Assembly (NCBI RefSeq): GCF_011045215.1
Contig: NZ_CP049201.1
DNA length: 64,000 nucleotides
Source: Escherichia coli
GTDB lineage: Bacteria; Pseudomonadota; Gammaproteobacteria; Enterobacterales; Enterobacteriaceae
Reading direction: 5' to 3' (one strand)
The notes under the pieces were generated by a model. The model was not told the origin of the DNA. It saw only the letters and a program-made list of their open reading frames with translations, and did no database searches. Position 1 is the stretch's first letter. Every line of letters starts with the position of its first letter. Made by a program: the position numbers and the translations under genes. This document shows, piece after piece, positions 41,235 through 54,500 of this stretch.

Positions 41235-41299
41235 GGCGAATTAAATAAACCTGATAATAACAGTATGGTGAAAGCCCGGAATAAAGAAATAATCCGGTA

Positions 41300-43126
<1,827 letters not shown>

Positions 43127-43222
43127 ATTCCGTCTGAAGGGAATATGTCGAATACTTCATTAAAATACAAACATTCAGTAAACTTCACTACGCAAGTGCA
43201 ATTATCCAGTCCCGTCTAATGA

Positions 43223-43798
43223 TTAAAAACGATAACCAACTCCAACAGTAAATCCATTGACCGAATGTTTTCCATATATATCTGCTTTAGTTCCCTCATA
43301 CCCAACATTTACAGACATATTGCCCCACGGATTAATAATAACACCAGCTGCATAAGCAAAATCAGTGGATTTTTTTGATACAGACTCACTTAAATATCCA
43401 TCAGATTCATCAGCACCCACACTGTTTCTCCACTCATAATCTCCCTTCGCTTTAGTATGAGATATCCCCACCAAACCATAAAAACTGATATAGTCATTCA
43501 GACGATAAGCTGGGCCTGCGAGAAATGAATAATATTTAATATCAGCCTGCTGTCTGTAAAAATCGTCAGCTTCATCGCGATGACTGTCCGCCCAGTCACC
43601 TTTCATATACGAAAAACTCCCGACAACACTGACCGGAGAATCCCACTCATATCGATATTGCAGATTCACTCCTTTAATATTCTTAAAGTCCTGTACCTTA
43701 CTCTGAGCATAACCAGCCGATAGCGTATGATTATCAGCCAGTGTTGAACCACTCATAACAGATAATATCATTACTGAAATTATAACGAGTTTTTTCAT
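43223..43798 (-). CDS. Ail/Lom/PagC-family outer-membrane beta-barrel protein (191 aa)
   Basis: Track ORF; signal peptide MKKLVIISVMILSVMSGSTLA; TLSAGYAQSK...YRYEW; C-terminal ...GFTVGVGYRF. Confidence 0.85.
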   Translation of the reverse strand: MKKLVIISVMILSVMSGSTLADNHTLSAGYAQSKVQDFKNIKGVNLQYRYEWDSPVSVVGSFSYMKGDWADSHRDEADDFYRQQADIKYYSFLAGPAYRLNDYISFYGLVGISHTKAKGDYEWRNSVGADESDGYLSESVSKKSTDFAYAAGVIINPWGNMSVNVGYEGTKADIYGKHSVNGFTVGVGYRF

Positions 43799-44344
43799 TT
43801 AACCCTCCTTCATTAATAAATGATTTCTGAAAATCAAAAAGGACCACACATCACAAAACATTATTTGAAATCATCATCAAAAAACTATAAATATATCACC
43901 TGACGATTTGAACACACTGACAAAAAACCAGGCATGGTAATAAACCGAACTCCCCACAAACTTCTGTTGCCTCAGATACCACAGCCACTTTCCTCAGGTA
44001 TAAATGTTGTTCCATAACGAACCAGCCCTGTATCGTTAAATCCTGCCTCAGTGACATAATGTAACTCACCAGACTGAGTCTTCGCCTACATCATCATTTC
44101 AATACGCTTAATACATTATTCATAATATCCAGAATTTCCTATAGAATATTTACTTTGCTATATCAGTCGGTCCATAATCAGGCAAATCATTAATGCTTCC
44201 TGACTGAATATTTAAAATGCGTCACATGTTATCAAAAATTTAAAGAATACCCTATTCTTCTTCATTGGCCGGATTTAGCTCAATCTTGTCAACAAAACTA
44301 ATATAAAGCCGTTCATAAAGAGAAGGATGTAGCTTCGTTATTTA

Positions 44345-44460
44345 TCTTTTACATGTAACAGTACCAGGGGATATTCCGCACATCTCTGTGGCTATCATCC
44401 CCACCACATCGCCGGTGGCAGCACCTGCGGCACCAGCAAGAACGTTATTTCCCAATGTCC
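44345..44460 (-). pseudogene. Remnant of a cdiA pretoxin-region coding segment (no start codon)
   Basis: Reverse frame encodes ...GNNVLAGAAGAATGDVVGMIATEM..., homologous to cdiA at ~46620-46700 (QGNNALAGAAGAATGEVVGMIATQM); nucleotide similarity visible by eye. Confidence 0.45.
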
Positions 44461-44467
44461 GGATTAC

Positions 44468-44728
44468 TCAGGATCCTGACGAGGGCGTTTTTCGAGCCTT
44501 GCGTTCGTCCAATTTGGTGAAGATCCACGATCTAAATGCTGCTGCAGTTCCAACAATAACACTAGCAACTAAAATATTTTCAAGATCTGATTGCTTAATA
44601 TTCACTTCATGGCTAATAACAAACTTAACTACTATCAGAGTCAAGGAGAAGAATATTAAGCAGCAGAAAATCATGTACATAATACTTAGGAGCAGTAAAC
44701 CTACAGTAGCTTTATTTTTTCGTTCCAT
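44468..44728 (-). CDS. Small membrane protein (86 aa), candidate immunity protein for the upstream toxin-like ORF
   Basis: Track ORF; two hydrophobic helices; overlaps the stop of the 200-aa ORF. Confidence 0.5.
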   Translation of the reverse strand: MERKNKATVGLLLLSIMYMIFCCLIFFSLTLIVVKFVISHEVNIKQSDLENILVASVIVGTAAAFRSWIFTKLDERKARKTPSSGS

Positions 44729-45314
44729 TTATCTCATCTTTAACTGCATTGCTGATAAATTCACCACCTATAGCACCAATAATATCACCTGAAGGCACTG
44801 AACCTGGACCTAAAACAGGGCTAAATACCGGCGGTGCAACTACTCCAACTACAGTACCGAATACCCAACCAGCTCCCGTACCAGCTAAAGCACCTTTATC
44901 TGGTCCATCAATAAATAGAGTTCCACCTGCCGCTATCCCTGCGTTCTGCCATATATTTCGACCTGGAGCCAGCGCTCCAGTAATGCCTGCCGAGGCACTT
45001 CCCCAGTAATCCCAGCTCTTGTTTTCATTGCCTGGTTTGCTCAAGTCGTACCACTGATACGTACCATTGGCAATGGCTGAGATGACTGCGCCACTGACTA
45101 CTTTACCTGTTGATGCTGCAGGTCCTAAATACCAGGCACCTGCAATCAATACGCCATCTTTATAGCCATCAACTATCACTTTACTTATATTGGCACCTTC
45201 AGGTAACTCACCTTTGGCAAGTTTATCCAGTCCTGCCTGCTTCTGTTCCGGGGTGAGATTATTGGCATCAGCATACTGATTCCATGAGGAAACCGCCTGA
45301 CCATAACTCACCAT
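44712..45314 (-). CDS. Glycine-rich toxin-like protein (200 aa), possible pore-forming/ionophore module downstream of cdiI
   Basis: Track ORF; glycine-zipper-like hydrophobic stretch GALAGTGAGWVFGTVVGVVAPPVFSPVLGPG...IIGAIGG; same composition as the CdiA C-terminal domain. Confidence 0.5.
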   Translation of the reverse strand: MVSYGQAVSSWNQYADANNLTPEQKQAGLDKLAKGELPEGANISKVIVDGYKDGVLIAGAWYLGPAASTGKVVSGAVISAIANGTYQWYDLSKPGNENKSWDYWGSASAGITGALAPGRNIWQNAGIAAGGTLFIDGPDKGALAGTGAGWVFGTVVGVVAPPVFSPVLGPGSVPSGDIIGAIGGEFISNAVKDEINGTKK

Positions 45315-45352
45315 TCCTGATGGCAGACTGAGCGCATTATTCTCAACAACAA

Positions 45353-45571
45353 CTATTTACGATAGTATCTTCGCATTTGTAGATAGAGTTGTAACCAAAT
45401 CCCAGCACCTCCCCATAAGCCAACTACTGCGCCAATTATTCCGTATTTTACATACACCTCAGAAGGTATTGGTTCCCGAGCTATAAACCAGATACTAACC
45501 ACTATTCCAATAGAGCAAGTAGCTATAGATATAAGTAACAACTTAATAAGAAGTAGTAGATGTTTTTTCAT
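45353..45571 (-). CDS. cdiI: Putative CdiI immunity protein, small inner-membrane protein (72 aa)
   Basis: Track ORF; start overlaps the cdiA stop; two predicted transmembrane helices. Confidence 0.65.
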   Translation of the reverse strand: MKKHLLLLIKLLLISIATCSIGIVVSIWFIAREPIPSEVYVKYGIIGAVVGLWGGAGIWLQLYLQMRRYYRK

Positions 45572-48500
45572 TTTTTGTCTCCATCAACTTCTTTTTGCGT
45601 TGCGCTGCTTGCACCTTCTGATACGAATGAACCAACAAATCCACCAAATGTTCCTGGTATAGAACTCATTTGGCCGCCTTGATACATACCGTATCCGATA
45701 GACTTTTCCGAATATTGCAGTGAATATTTACTGGCGTCCATTCCCAGTTGATTTTTGATGTATTGAGCTTCTAACTTATTAGTAATTGAAGCGCCAATGT
45801 TATAGCCAAGGCCTGTACCAGCCATGCTACCCACTACTGATGCGGTACTGTCCTGGCCTTCAATCTGGCTGCTCATGTAAGCGCTACCGGCACCCAACAA
45901 CTGGTTAGCGTAATATCCTTTCCCGGCTGTACCTACACCAGTCAAGCCTGACATCATGAAACTGAGATAATCGAACTTATCACCGATATTTCCCGTACCA
46001 ATTTGTACCGCACCATTAGCCCCATAGCTCAGCCCGGCACTAACAAATTTTTCCGTCAGCGTGGCTGATGACGTTAACAACGAACCCGCTCCGGCAACCG
46101 TACCCCAGTAATTTTCCGGTTCCCCGAAGAAAGCCAGAGCCCTGTCACCCTTCGACGTATTACTGTTCAGATAATTCAGGTCGTAGCTGTTGCCTTCAGC
46201 CACGTAATCCTTCACCTCCTGATTAGTCAGTGAACCATACAGCCAGCTAGGTCGGCCCGCCGCGCTGAGCCCGCCCTCAATATTCCATTTATCTTCCCCG
46301 GACAGAGCCGTCAGAGGATCTGCGGCCACATCAATGTGTAATTTCTGTCGGTTCTCTGCGCTTAATACAGCATATTTATTCTGAATATCGCCGCAGTCTC
46401 CACCCGCTTTACGACAGGCCGTCATTTCTCTGTCAAAAGCATGCGCCTCGTCGTAGCTGAGGTAGTTATTCTCAACTGTTGTCTTACCTGACTGTGCGCC
46501 GGCTACCGCTGAAGCCCCCGAGTCGCCCACCAGACCACCGGCCAGGCCGGCAGCAACCGTTGCCAGCGTGGAGACCGTCTGTTTCTCTGTCTCACTCAGT
46601 TCACTCACCGGTTTATCGTACATCTGTGTGGCTATCATTCCCACCACCTCGCCGGTGGCTGCACCTGCAGCACCGGCAAGAGCATTATTTCCCTGTGCCA
46701 GAGACAGTGCGGCATTCACCACGGCATGGGCGGCCACATTTGCAGCCTTATTCACCTCACCTGTAACCGGGTCTGTGGTCATGGTTTTCACCACTTCAGC
46801 CAGATACGGTGCTGCACCACCTGCCAGGGCTGCACTCAGATTACCGCCGGCCAGCCCCTGTACTGCTGCCGTTGCGGCCTGTATCGCCTGCTGGTATTTG
46901 CCTCCCGTTCCAAAACCGGAGGCCGCCATACCGTTATTGTAAGCCCGCTGTGCCACATCCTGTTCCGTGAACGGTTTTCCTGCTGCCTCAAGCTCTGCAC
47001 GGGCCTGATTCAGTGCTGCCGGGTCCCGTTTCGCTTTCTCACCGGCTATCTGTCCTTCCGTTCTGGCAATATCTGCCACCTGGTTACCAATCTCACCAAT
47101 GAGTTGCGCCTGCTGCAACCGCTGCTGCTCTTTTTCCCTGTCAAAGATGGGGGACAGCGTCTGGTTTGCATGCGCAACGTCACGGTTCAGGTCTGCCACA
47201 TCCTGTTTCTGGCTCTGTGTATCCCGGATAGTGATATTCCCGGCAGACACAGCCGACTGCGTGGTACTGTCCGCATGGCCTTCATGATTTGCACCGACCA
47301 GCAGATTGTTTGCCATGTTCCCCAGGAAATTTCCGGCAACACTGCCACCGGTACTGAGCCCTGCACTCTGATGTTCCGTTTTAAAGTCAGCCCGGTTTTC
47401 AGTGTCACTGAAGCCCAGTGTGCCGGTATCCAGCCTGTTTTTATCTGCCGTTGCCGTGGACGCAATCACCGCACCGTTCAGTTGTGTATGCTGTCCGGTC
47501 GTGACATCAAACCCGCCCCTGCCGGCAAAAATCCCTGTCTGCTCCTGCACACTGTCGTGGTTACTGTGCATTTTATCCCGGCTGAGGCTCACACTCGCCG
47601 AACCGCTCATGGACCCGAAAGTGAAGCTGCCTCCGGCGCTGGCATTCTGCTGTTTACTGTCATAATGGTCACTGTCCTGCTCACTGGTCAGTGTCAGATG
47701 GCGACCGGCATCCACTTTCACGGTTTCTCCACTGGCCTGCGCCCCGGTAAGTGTGGTGTCACGCCCACTGATAATGGTCAGCTGTTTTCCCGCATCCACC
47801 GTGGTTTCTGTATGGGTGGTACCGTTGCCTTTTTCACTGCCCTTACCCTGGTTTGCGCTGGCTGACAGACTGAAACCAGGCCCTCCGGGCCCCACACCGA
47901 TACCGACACCCACGCTGCCACCACTGGATGTGTTCTTTCCTTCCAGCTTTGACGTGTTTTCTGCTGATACCAGATTCACGTCACGGTTTGCCTGCAGCAG
48001 AACGTTGTTCCCGGCCTTTATCTGACCGCCCTGTATCGTCAGGTCACCATCCACGCCCTTCACGCCGGAGCCGGTGGCCTGAATACTGAGGTTATTACCT
48101 GCGGTCAGTGTACTGCCCTTCGCCACCGTCTGCTCTGACTGCTGTTCTGATTTCGAAGACTGGCTGCCGTAAGAGAGGCTGATACCCACGGTATTGTTAT
48201 TCTCTTTCTGGTTGCCCTGTGCTTCTGCCAGTCGTCCGGCCTGCACGGCCTGAGCCCCCGAGAGCGCGGCCTTCACCCCCTGCAGGGCTTCAAGCCGGCT
48301 GTTTCCGGCAGATTTCGCCGCCTGTACGGTCTCCACCGTCGTGTTCAGGGCGCTGCCCGCTGTGCCGGACAGGGCAAGCGTCAGACCGGAGGTTTTCTGC
48401 TCCACCGTATGTGTCTGCACATGCCGGTCAGTGGCGGCGGTAATGCTGACCTCCTTACCACTGAGTGCCATGTCCCTGCCGGCAATCAGGTCAGAGCCGT

Positions 48501-51500
48501 TGACGGTCAACCGGTTACCTGCCTGAAGGGAAACATCACCGTGAACACTCCCCACCGTGCTGCCTTTCTGCGTGGTGTCTGTTGCGGTGTCCGTGACCTT
48601 CAGACTCTGGCTGCCCACGCTGAATCCCACACCTCCGGAGCTCATCAGTCCGGATTTTTTCTCCTGTTTCAGGTGTGTTTCACGGTTGCTTTCTGTCAGC
48701 GTTCCGATACTCAGGTTATTTCCGGCAGCCAGGGAGACACGGTTATCCCCGGCCACACTGCTGCCCGTGACGTTCAGATTATGTCCGGCACCGATACTGA
48801 CCGTATCCCCGTTCAGTTCACTGCCCGTCATGGTCCGGCGGTCAGTGACATCATGCGTGGTAGTGGTGGTTTTCGATAACATCCCGCTGTTGCCGGTCAC
48901 TTTATGGTATTCATCCAGCGAGCGGGTATTCTGTGCACCGGTCAGCGTCACGTCATGACCCGCCATCAGGGCCAGGCCTTTCTGAGCTGACAGCAATGCC
49001 GCCTGTGACGTCATATCCCGTCCGGCGGTCAGCGTGACATCACCGTTACCGGCAAGCGTGCTGCCCGTACTCTGTGTGACGCCCTGCGACAGACGATTAT
49101 TTTTATCCCAGATAATATTGTCCTGCGCGGATGTGGTCACTGTGGAGAATGTCATATCCCTGCCGGCACTGAGTTGCGTCAGACTGTCCTTACCCTGGTT
49201 CACCACCGTTGCTGCCGTCAGGTTTATGTCCCGTCCGGCCTGCAGCACCAGTCTGCCCTGGTCATTCTGCACATATACGCCAGCCACACTGTCGATGCTG
49301 GTACGTTCAAAATGGTTCTGTCCGGCGTCACTCTGTGCCGTACGGGTGGTGGTGGTCAGACTGATATCCCGTCCGGCCATCGCCAGCAGGCTGTCCGTGG
49401 CCTGCAGCAGCCCGCCGGTACTGTTAATATCCGTCCGGGCCGTCAGGCTGACATTTGCTCCCTGAATGGTGCCGGCCTGGTTGTGAATGTTTTCTGCACT
49501 GAGCTGCACGGCCTGCTTCCCGGCCAGTTTACCGCTGTTAAACAGGTCACCATCCAGCTTCATCACCATGTCCCTGCCGGCAATCAGCGCACCGGCACTG
49601 TTCACATCACCGGGTTTTACACGGGCATACACCTGAGGTACCTGAACCGTCTGCGTGCTGCCGTCCGGCAGTGTCACCGTGGTGTTAACCAGCCAGACAA
49701 TATCACCGGTCAGTAACGCCATCTGCTCAGCAGTCAGCGCCACACCTGGTGTCAGGTTGTATTGCTTACCAAATGCAATACCCGCATCCATTAACGCCTT
49801 AAACTGCTCTTCATCATTACTGTATCCGTCCAGGTACCGTTGCCCGGTCAGAGCGACAACCTGCTCACGAATCAGACGCTGTTCGTAAAAACCATCCCCC
49901 AGGCGTTTGAGCATGTTATCCCCGTTCTGAGAAAACGCCTTCTGCATGTAATCACTGCCCAGCCACGTCTTCTGGTTCGTAAAACGCGGGTCCGTTTCAA
50001 CCAGATATGGCACATTCACTGCCGGATTTGTTTTAAACAGGCTGCTGTCCGGCAGACGGGTATCCGGCCCGGCAACATGGATACTGCCCTGAGGTGCGCT
50101 GACTTCAAACTGCTGCCCCGGCAACAGAATGACCGGTTCACCGGCTGACACCACCGGGCGAAGCGGTATCCGGTCAGTAACGGCTACTGTCGCATCCACA
50201 TTTCCGGTCAGTCCTGTCTGTACATCCGTTCCCTGTGGCTTCAGGGGAGAAAGCGTGACCTGGCTGCCCTGAACCTGTCCGTGGCTGGTGAGCTCTCCCG
50301 GCTTCAGCGTGATGGTCTGAATGACGGGGGGCGGCTCGTAAGGGGAAATTCTTTCCCCCTGCCTGTCATTTTTATTTTTTCTTTTTATCCGGTAATAATA
50401 TGTGGATGTCCCTTTATCAGTAACATGGCGCTCTCCGCTGACACTGACGTTTTCCACATCACCGGCCTGCATATCCAGCAGACCACCTGCAACCACCTGG
50501 CTCTTGTCATTAAGCAGTTTGTCTGCCACAACCGTCATGCCGGCACCGGACAGTATTTTCCCCGGGTCGGAGTCTTTTACCCGGGTTTCCTCCACGGTAC
50601 GGGTGTATTCATATTTTGTGAACCGGTCGTTGTTATGTCCGGTATCATCCGGCGTGTTCAGGTTCAGCAGTCCATCAGAGGAGTTGTTATCAATGAACAC
50701 CCCCTCATCTTTTGCATTCCAGCGGACATCTGACCCGCGATGCTGATACTCAGTCACCTTTTCCGTGGAAACCACCACGCGCTCCGTGGTGAAATGGTCA
50801 TTGACGTTATTGATTTGTCCGGCACTCAGTACCAGATATCCGGCGGCTTCAATAGTGGCACTGTGATTATTCAGTACACCGGTTTTACCTGTGGCGGTGC
50901 CATTCGCATCCAGCGTGCCACCGATATGCATATCACCTGCACTGTAAATCAGGCTGTGCGTCCGGTTATTCAGGGTCTGTACCCCCAAGTCCACACGCTC
51001 ACGCCCGGCCAGCGTCGCCGCCACGCCATTTTCTTCCAGATTATTAAATGTGGCAGCACTGACACCAACAGCATCGCCGTAGATTCGCCCGGTACCGGAA
51101 TTCGTCAGGGTGTTCGCCTGAAGATGCGTATATTTCCCGTCAATCAGCCCACGGTTCAGCAGTGTGTCCGTCACGTTAAGCCAGGTCTGCCCGGCACTGA
51201 TTTCACCTTTCCCGGTGTTTTCAAGGCGGATGCTGTTCAGGTCAAGTCGGCTGCCTGCCAGCAGGCTGCCGGTATTAGAGACATCGCCATTAACGGAAAG
51301 CGTAAGGTTTCCGTTCGCAATAGTCTGACCACTGTTACTGAACGCTGTGTTACTTTTCAGCGTTATATCGCCCGGGGAAAGCAGTTTCCCGTCACCACCG
51401 AGCTGACCGGCATCCACAGAGACTGACTGCCCGGCCTTAACCACACCGTCACGGTTCGAAAACGCCAGCTGACGGCCACTGACAGACAATGTCGCGCCGG

Positions 51501-54500
51501 AAGAGAGCACGCCATCATTATTACTGAGCGTCCTGTCTGCCATAACCGTAAGCGCCCTGTCTGCCAGAATACTGCCCTCCTGGTTATCAAGGTCCTGCGT
51601 CGTGATGTGTATTGTCTGCGCTTCCAGCCCCTGGCCGGTATTCTGCGTGTGGCGATTGATAAACTGCAGGGCGTTCAGCGTAATGGCAGAACCACTGCGA
51701 ATCAGACCAGAGACGTTGTCCACAACGCCCCGTACACTGTCGAACAGAATGTCGCCCACAGACTGTATCTGTCCGTGGCTGTTCTGCAGGCCTCCCGTAT
51801 GCAGACGGAGTTCACCTTCACTGACCAGCCGGCCACCCTCACGGTTATCCAGCGAGGTGGTGCTCAGGTCAGCTGTCGTTTTCGCCCCCACGGTCCCGCC
51901 CCGGTTATCCATTGCTCCGGTACTGACAGTCAGTTCCTGCAGGCTGTTCAGCGTACCCCCTCTGTTATCCAGCGTCCGGCCTGCGCTATTAATGCTGATG
52001 CCTTTCCCCTGAATAAGACCGGACTGATTGTTCAGCGCCAGACTGTTCCGGCCGGGCAGACCGGTCGCCACAATCTGACCATTCGCCACCACCTGACCGG
52101 ATGTATTGTTAACCACGCCTGCAGTCAGGGACAGCGCATCTCCCGACAAAAGCACACCGGCAGTGCTGTCCAGTGTGCCGGCATTCAGCGTCATCGGGCC
52201 CTGACTGATAACCCCGCCCCGGTCACCACTGTTACGGTTGCTCAGTGTGTCAGCACGGAGATTCAGTGTGGCACCGCTCTGTATCAGACCACCTGCATCA
52301 TTGCTGATATCCGTCGAGGAAAGGGTCAGTGACTGCTGTGCCACCAGTCTGCCGCCCTGATTATCAGAGCGGGTGACATCCAGCCTGCTGTTACCGTTGC
52401 TGACCACCGTCCCCTGCTGATTTTCCAGCACATTCAGGTGCGCATTCAGGTCCCCGCCGGCGGCAAGCGTCCCTTCCTGATTACTGACATCGCCACCACT
52501 CAGCAACATATCCGTCCCGGCCTTCAGTGCGCCTTTCTGGTTCATCAGCGTACCTGACGATATCTGTAATGACGCCTGACTCCCCAGCACGCCCTGACGG
52601 TTATCGAGCGTTCCGGCGTTCAGGGTCATATCCTTCTGACCCGCCATAAATCCCTGCTGGTTATTCAGCATACCGGCCCGTACTGTCAGGGTACCGGCGC
52701 TGCTGATACCACCCCGTGTTTTCGTGTTCCGGTTACTGAGAACCCCGTCCTGTACATCCAGCGTCATGTCACTGCCGGACTGAATCAGACCATCATCAGA
52801 GACCAGTTCGCTGCCTGACACAGACAGCGTTTTCTGTGAAAGCAGTCTGCCGGACGTATTATCCAGCGCACCATCCAGCGTCACGGACAGCCCGTCAGAC
52901 ACCACCGTACCCTGGTGGTTATTCAGACTCCCTGCCGAAATATCCAGCCTGCCGGCGGACTCCATTCGTCCCTCAGTATTGCTGACAGCCTGCTGTGTTT
53001 TTATCCTGCCCGTTCCGGCAGCAGCTGAAATCAGTCCGTTGTCGTTATTCAGTGCCTGTGTATTAATCAGGATGTCACGGCTGGCAATCAGACTTCCCTG
53101 CTGGTTATCCACGGCGCCGGTTGTCCTCACCTGCAGACTACCTGACTGCGCCGCCTGCACTTTCCCCCTGCGATTATCAAGGCTCAGTGCATCCAGGCGC
53201 ACCGCGCCATTTGCCGCAAGCAGCCCTTCCCGGTTATCCACGCTTCCCGGCAGACTCAGCGAAAAATCCCCTGTTCCCGTCTGAATCAGACTGCCTTTAC
53301 GATTTGACAGGCTCTGTGCCGATATCTGCAGTGTGTCGGCATTTACCGTGCCACCATTATTGCTGAACTGCCCGGCAGTCCGGGCGGAAAGCGTACCGGC
53401 ACTCAGTTGTGCATTCTGTGTGGACAGATTTCCGCTGCCTGCATCCAGCTCAGTATGTTGTCCCTGTATCCGGCTGTTGCTTAAATCCAGCCCCTGCCCC
53501 TTCAGTTGCATGTCCCCACCGGACAGAACCTGTCCGTGTGCCGCCAGTTCGCCGGTGGTACTGACAGTCAGGTTGCCCGCTGCCGCCAGACGTCCGTCAT
53601 CTTTCACCCCGGCGGCCAGCAGACTCCGCTCACCGCCGGTCAGACGCGCTGTCTGAATCCGGGTGTTGCGGCGTGATGCCACAGAGCCTGTATGGGTGAA
53701 TGCACCATCACTCTGTATCTGCGTATCCTGCCCCGCATAAACAGAACCACTGTTATGCAGCTCCCGGGTTGTCGCCAGATGCACATCCGTTTTCGCACTG
53801 ATACTGCCACTGTTTTCAATACGTCCGTCAGCCGTCAGGGTAACCGCCCCTGCCTGCGCACCAATATGACCGGCGTTACGAACCCCCACCCCCGTTTCCG
53901 TACCGACAAGGCGAATTTTTCCGGCATACATTCCACCAAGGCTGGACACATCCAGCGCCACCTGTGGCTGCGAAGAGGCATCAGCGGCTTTTTTCTCAGT
54001 CTGCCCGTGTGCAATATCCACATTGTTACGTCCGGTGGTCACTTTCAGGTCCTGCGCCCAGATACCCGCATTAATCTTCACAGACCGGGCAATGATATCG
54101 GTATAATCCGTGCGCGAGGCATCCATCCCTTTGCCCGTAATCTGAATCTCACCACGTTCAACACTGAATCCGGTCAGACTGCCGTTTTTCATCTGAGGCT
54201 GCCCCGTGGTCAGCGTGGCCCGGTTCGCATTAATAAAACCGCACCCGTCGCAACTGATGCCGGCCGGGTTCGCAATCACCACCTGCGCCTTTTTCCCGGC
54301 AACCTCAACAAAACCGTTCAACTGGCTGGGATTGCGACTGTTCACTTCATTAAGAATGATTCGGGCCTCTCCCTTCGCCAGCCACGGGTTACCGGCAACC
54401 ATGCCGCCCAGTTGGGTCTGCACATTTTTATGCGAGTTATTCAGAATGACACCCTGATGACTGACATCAAACTGACTGTAAGTATTGTGCGATACCCCAC

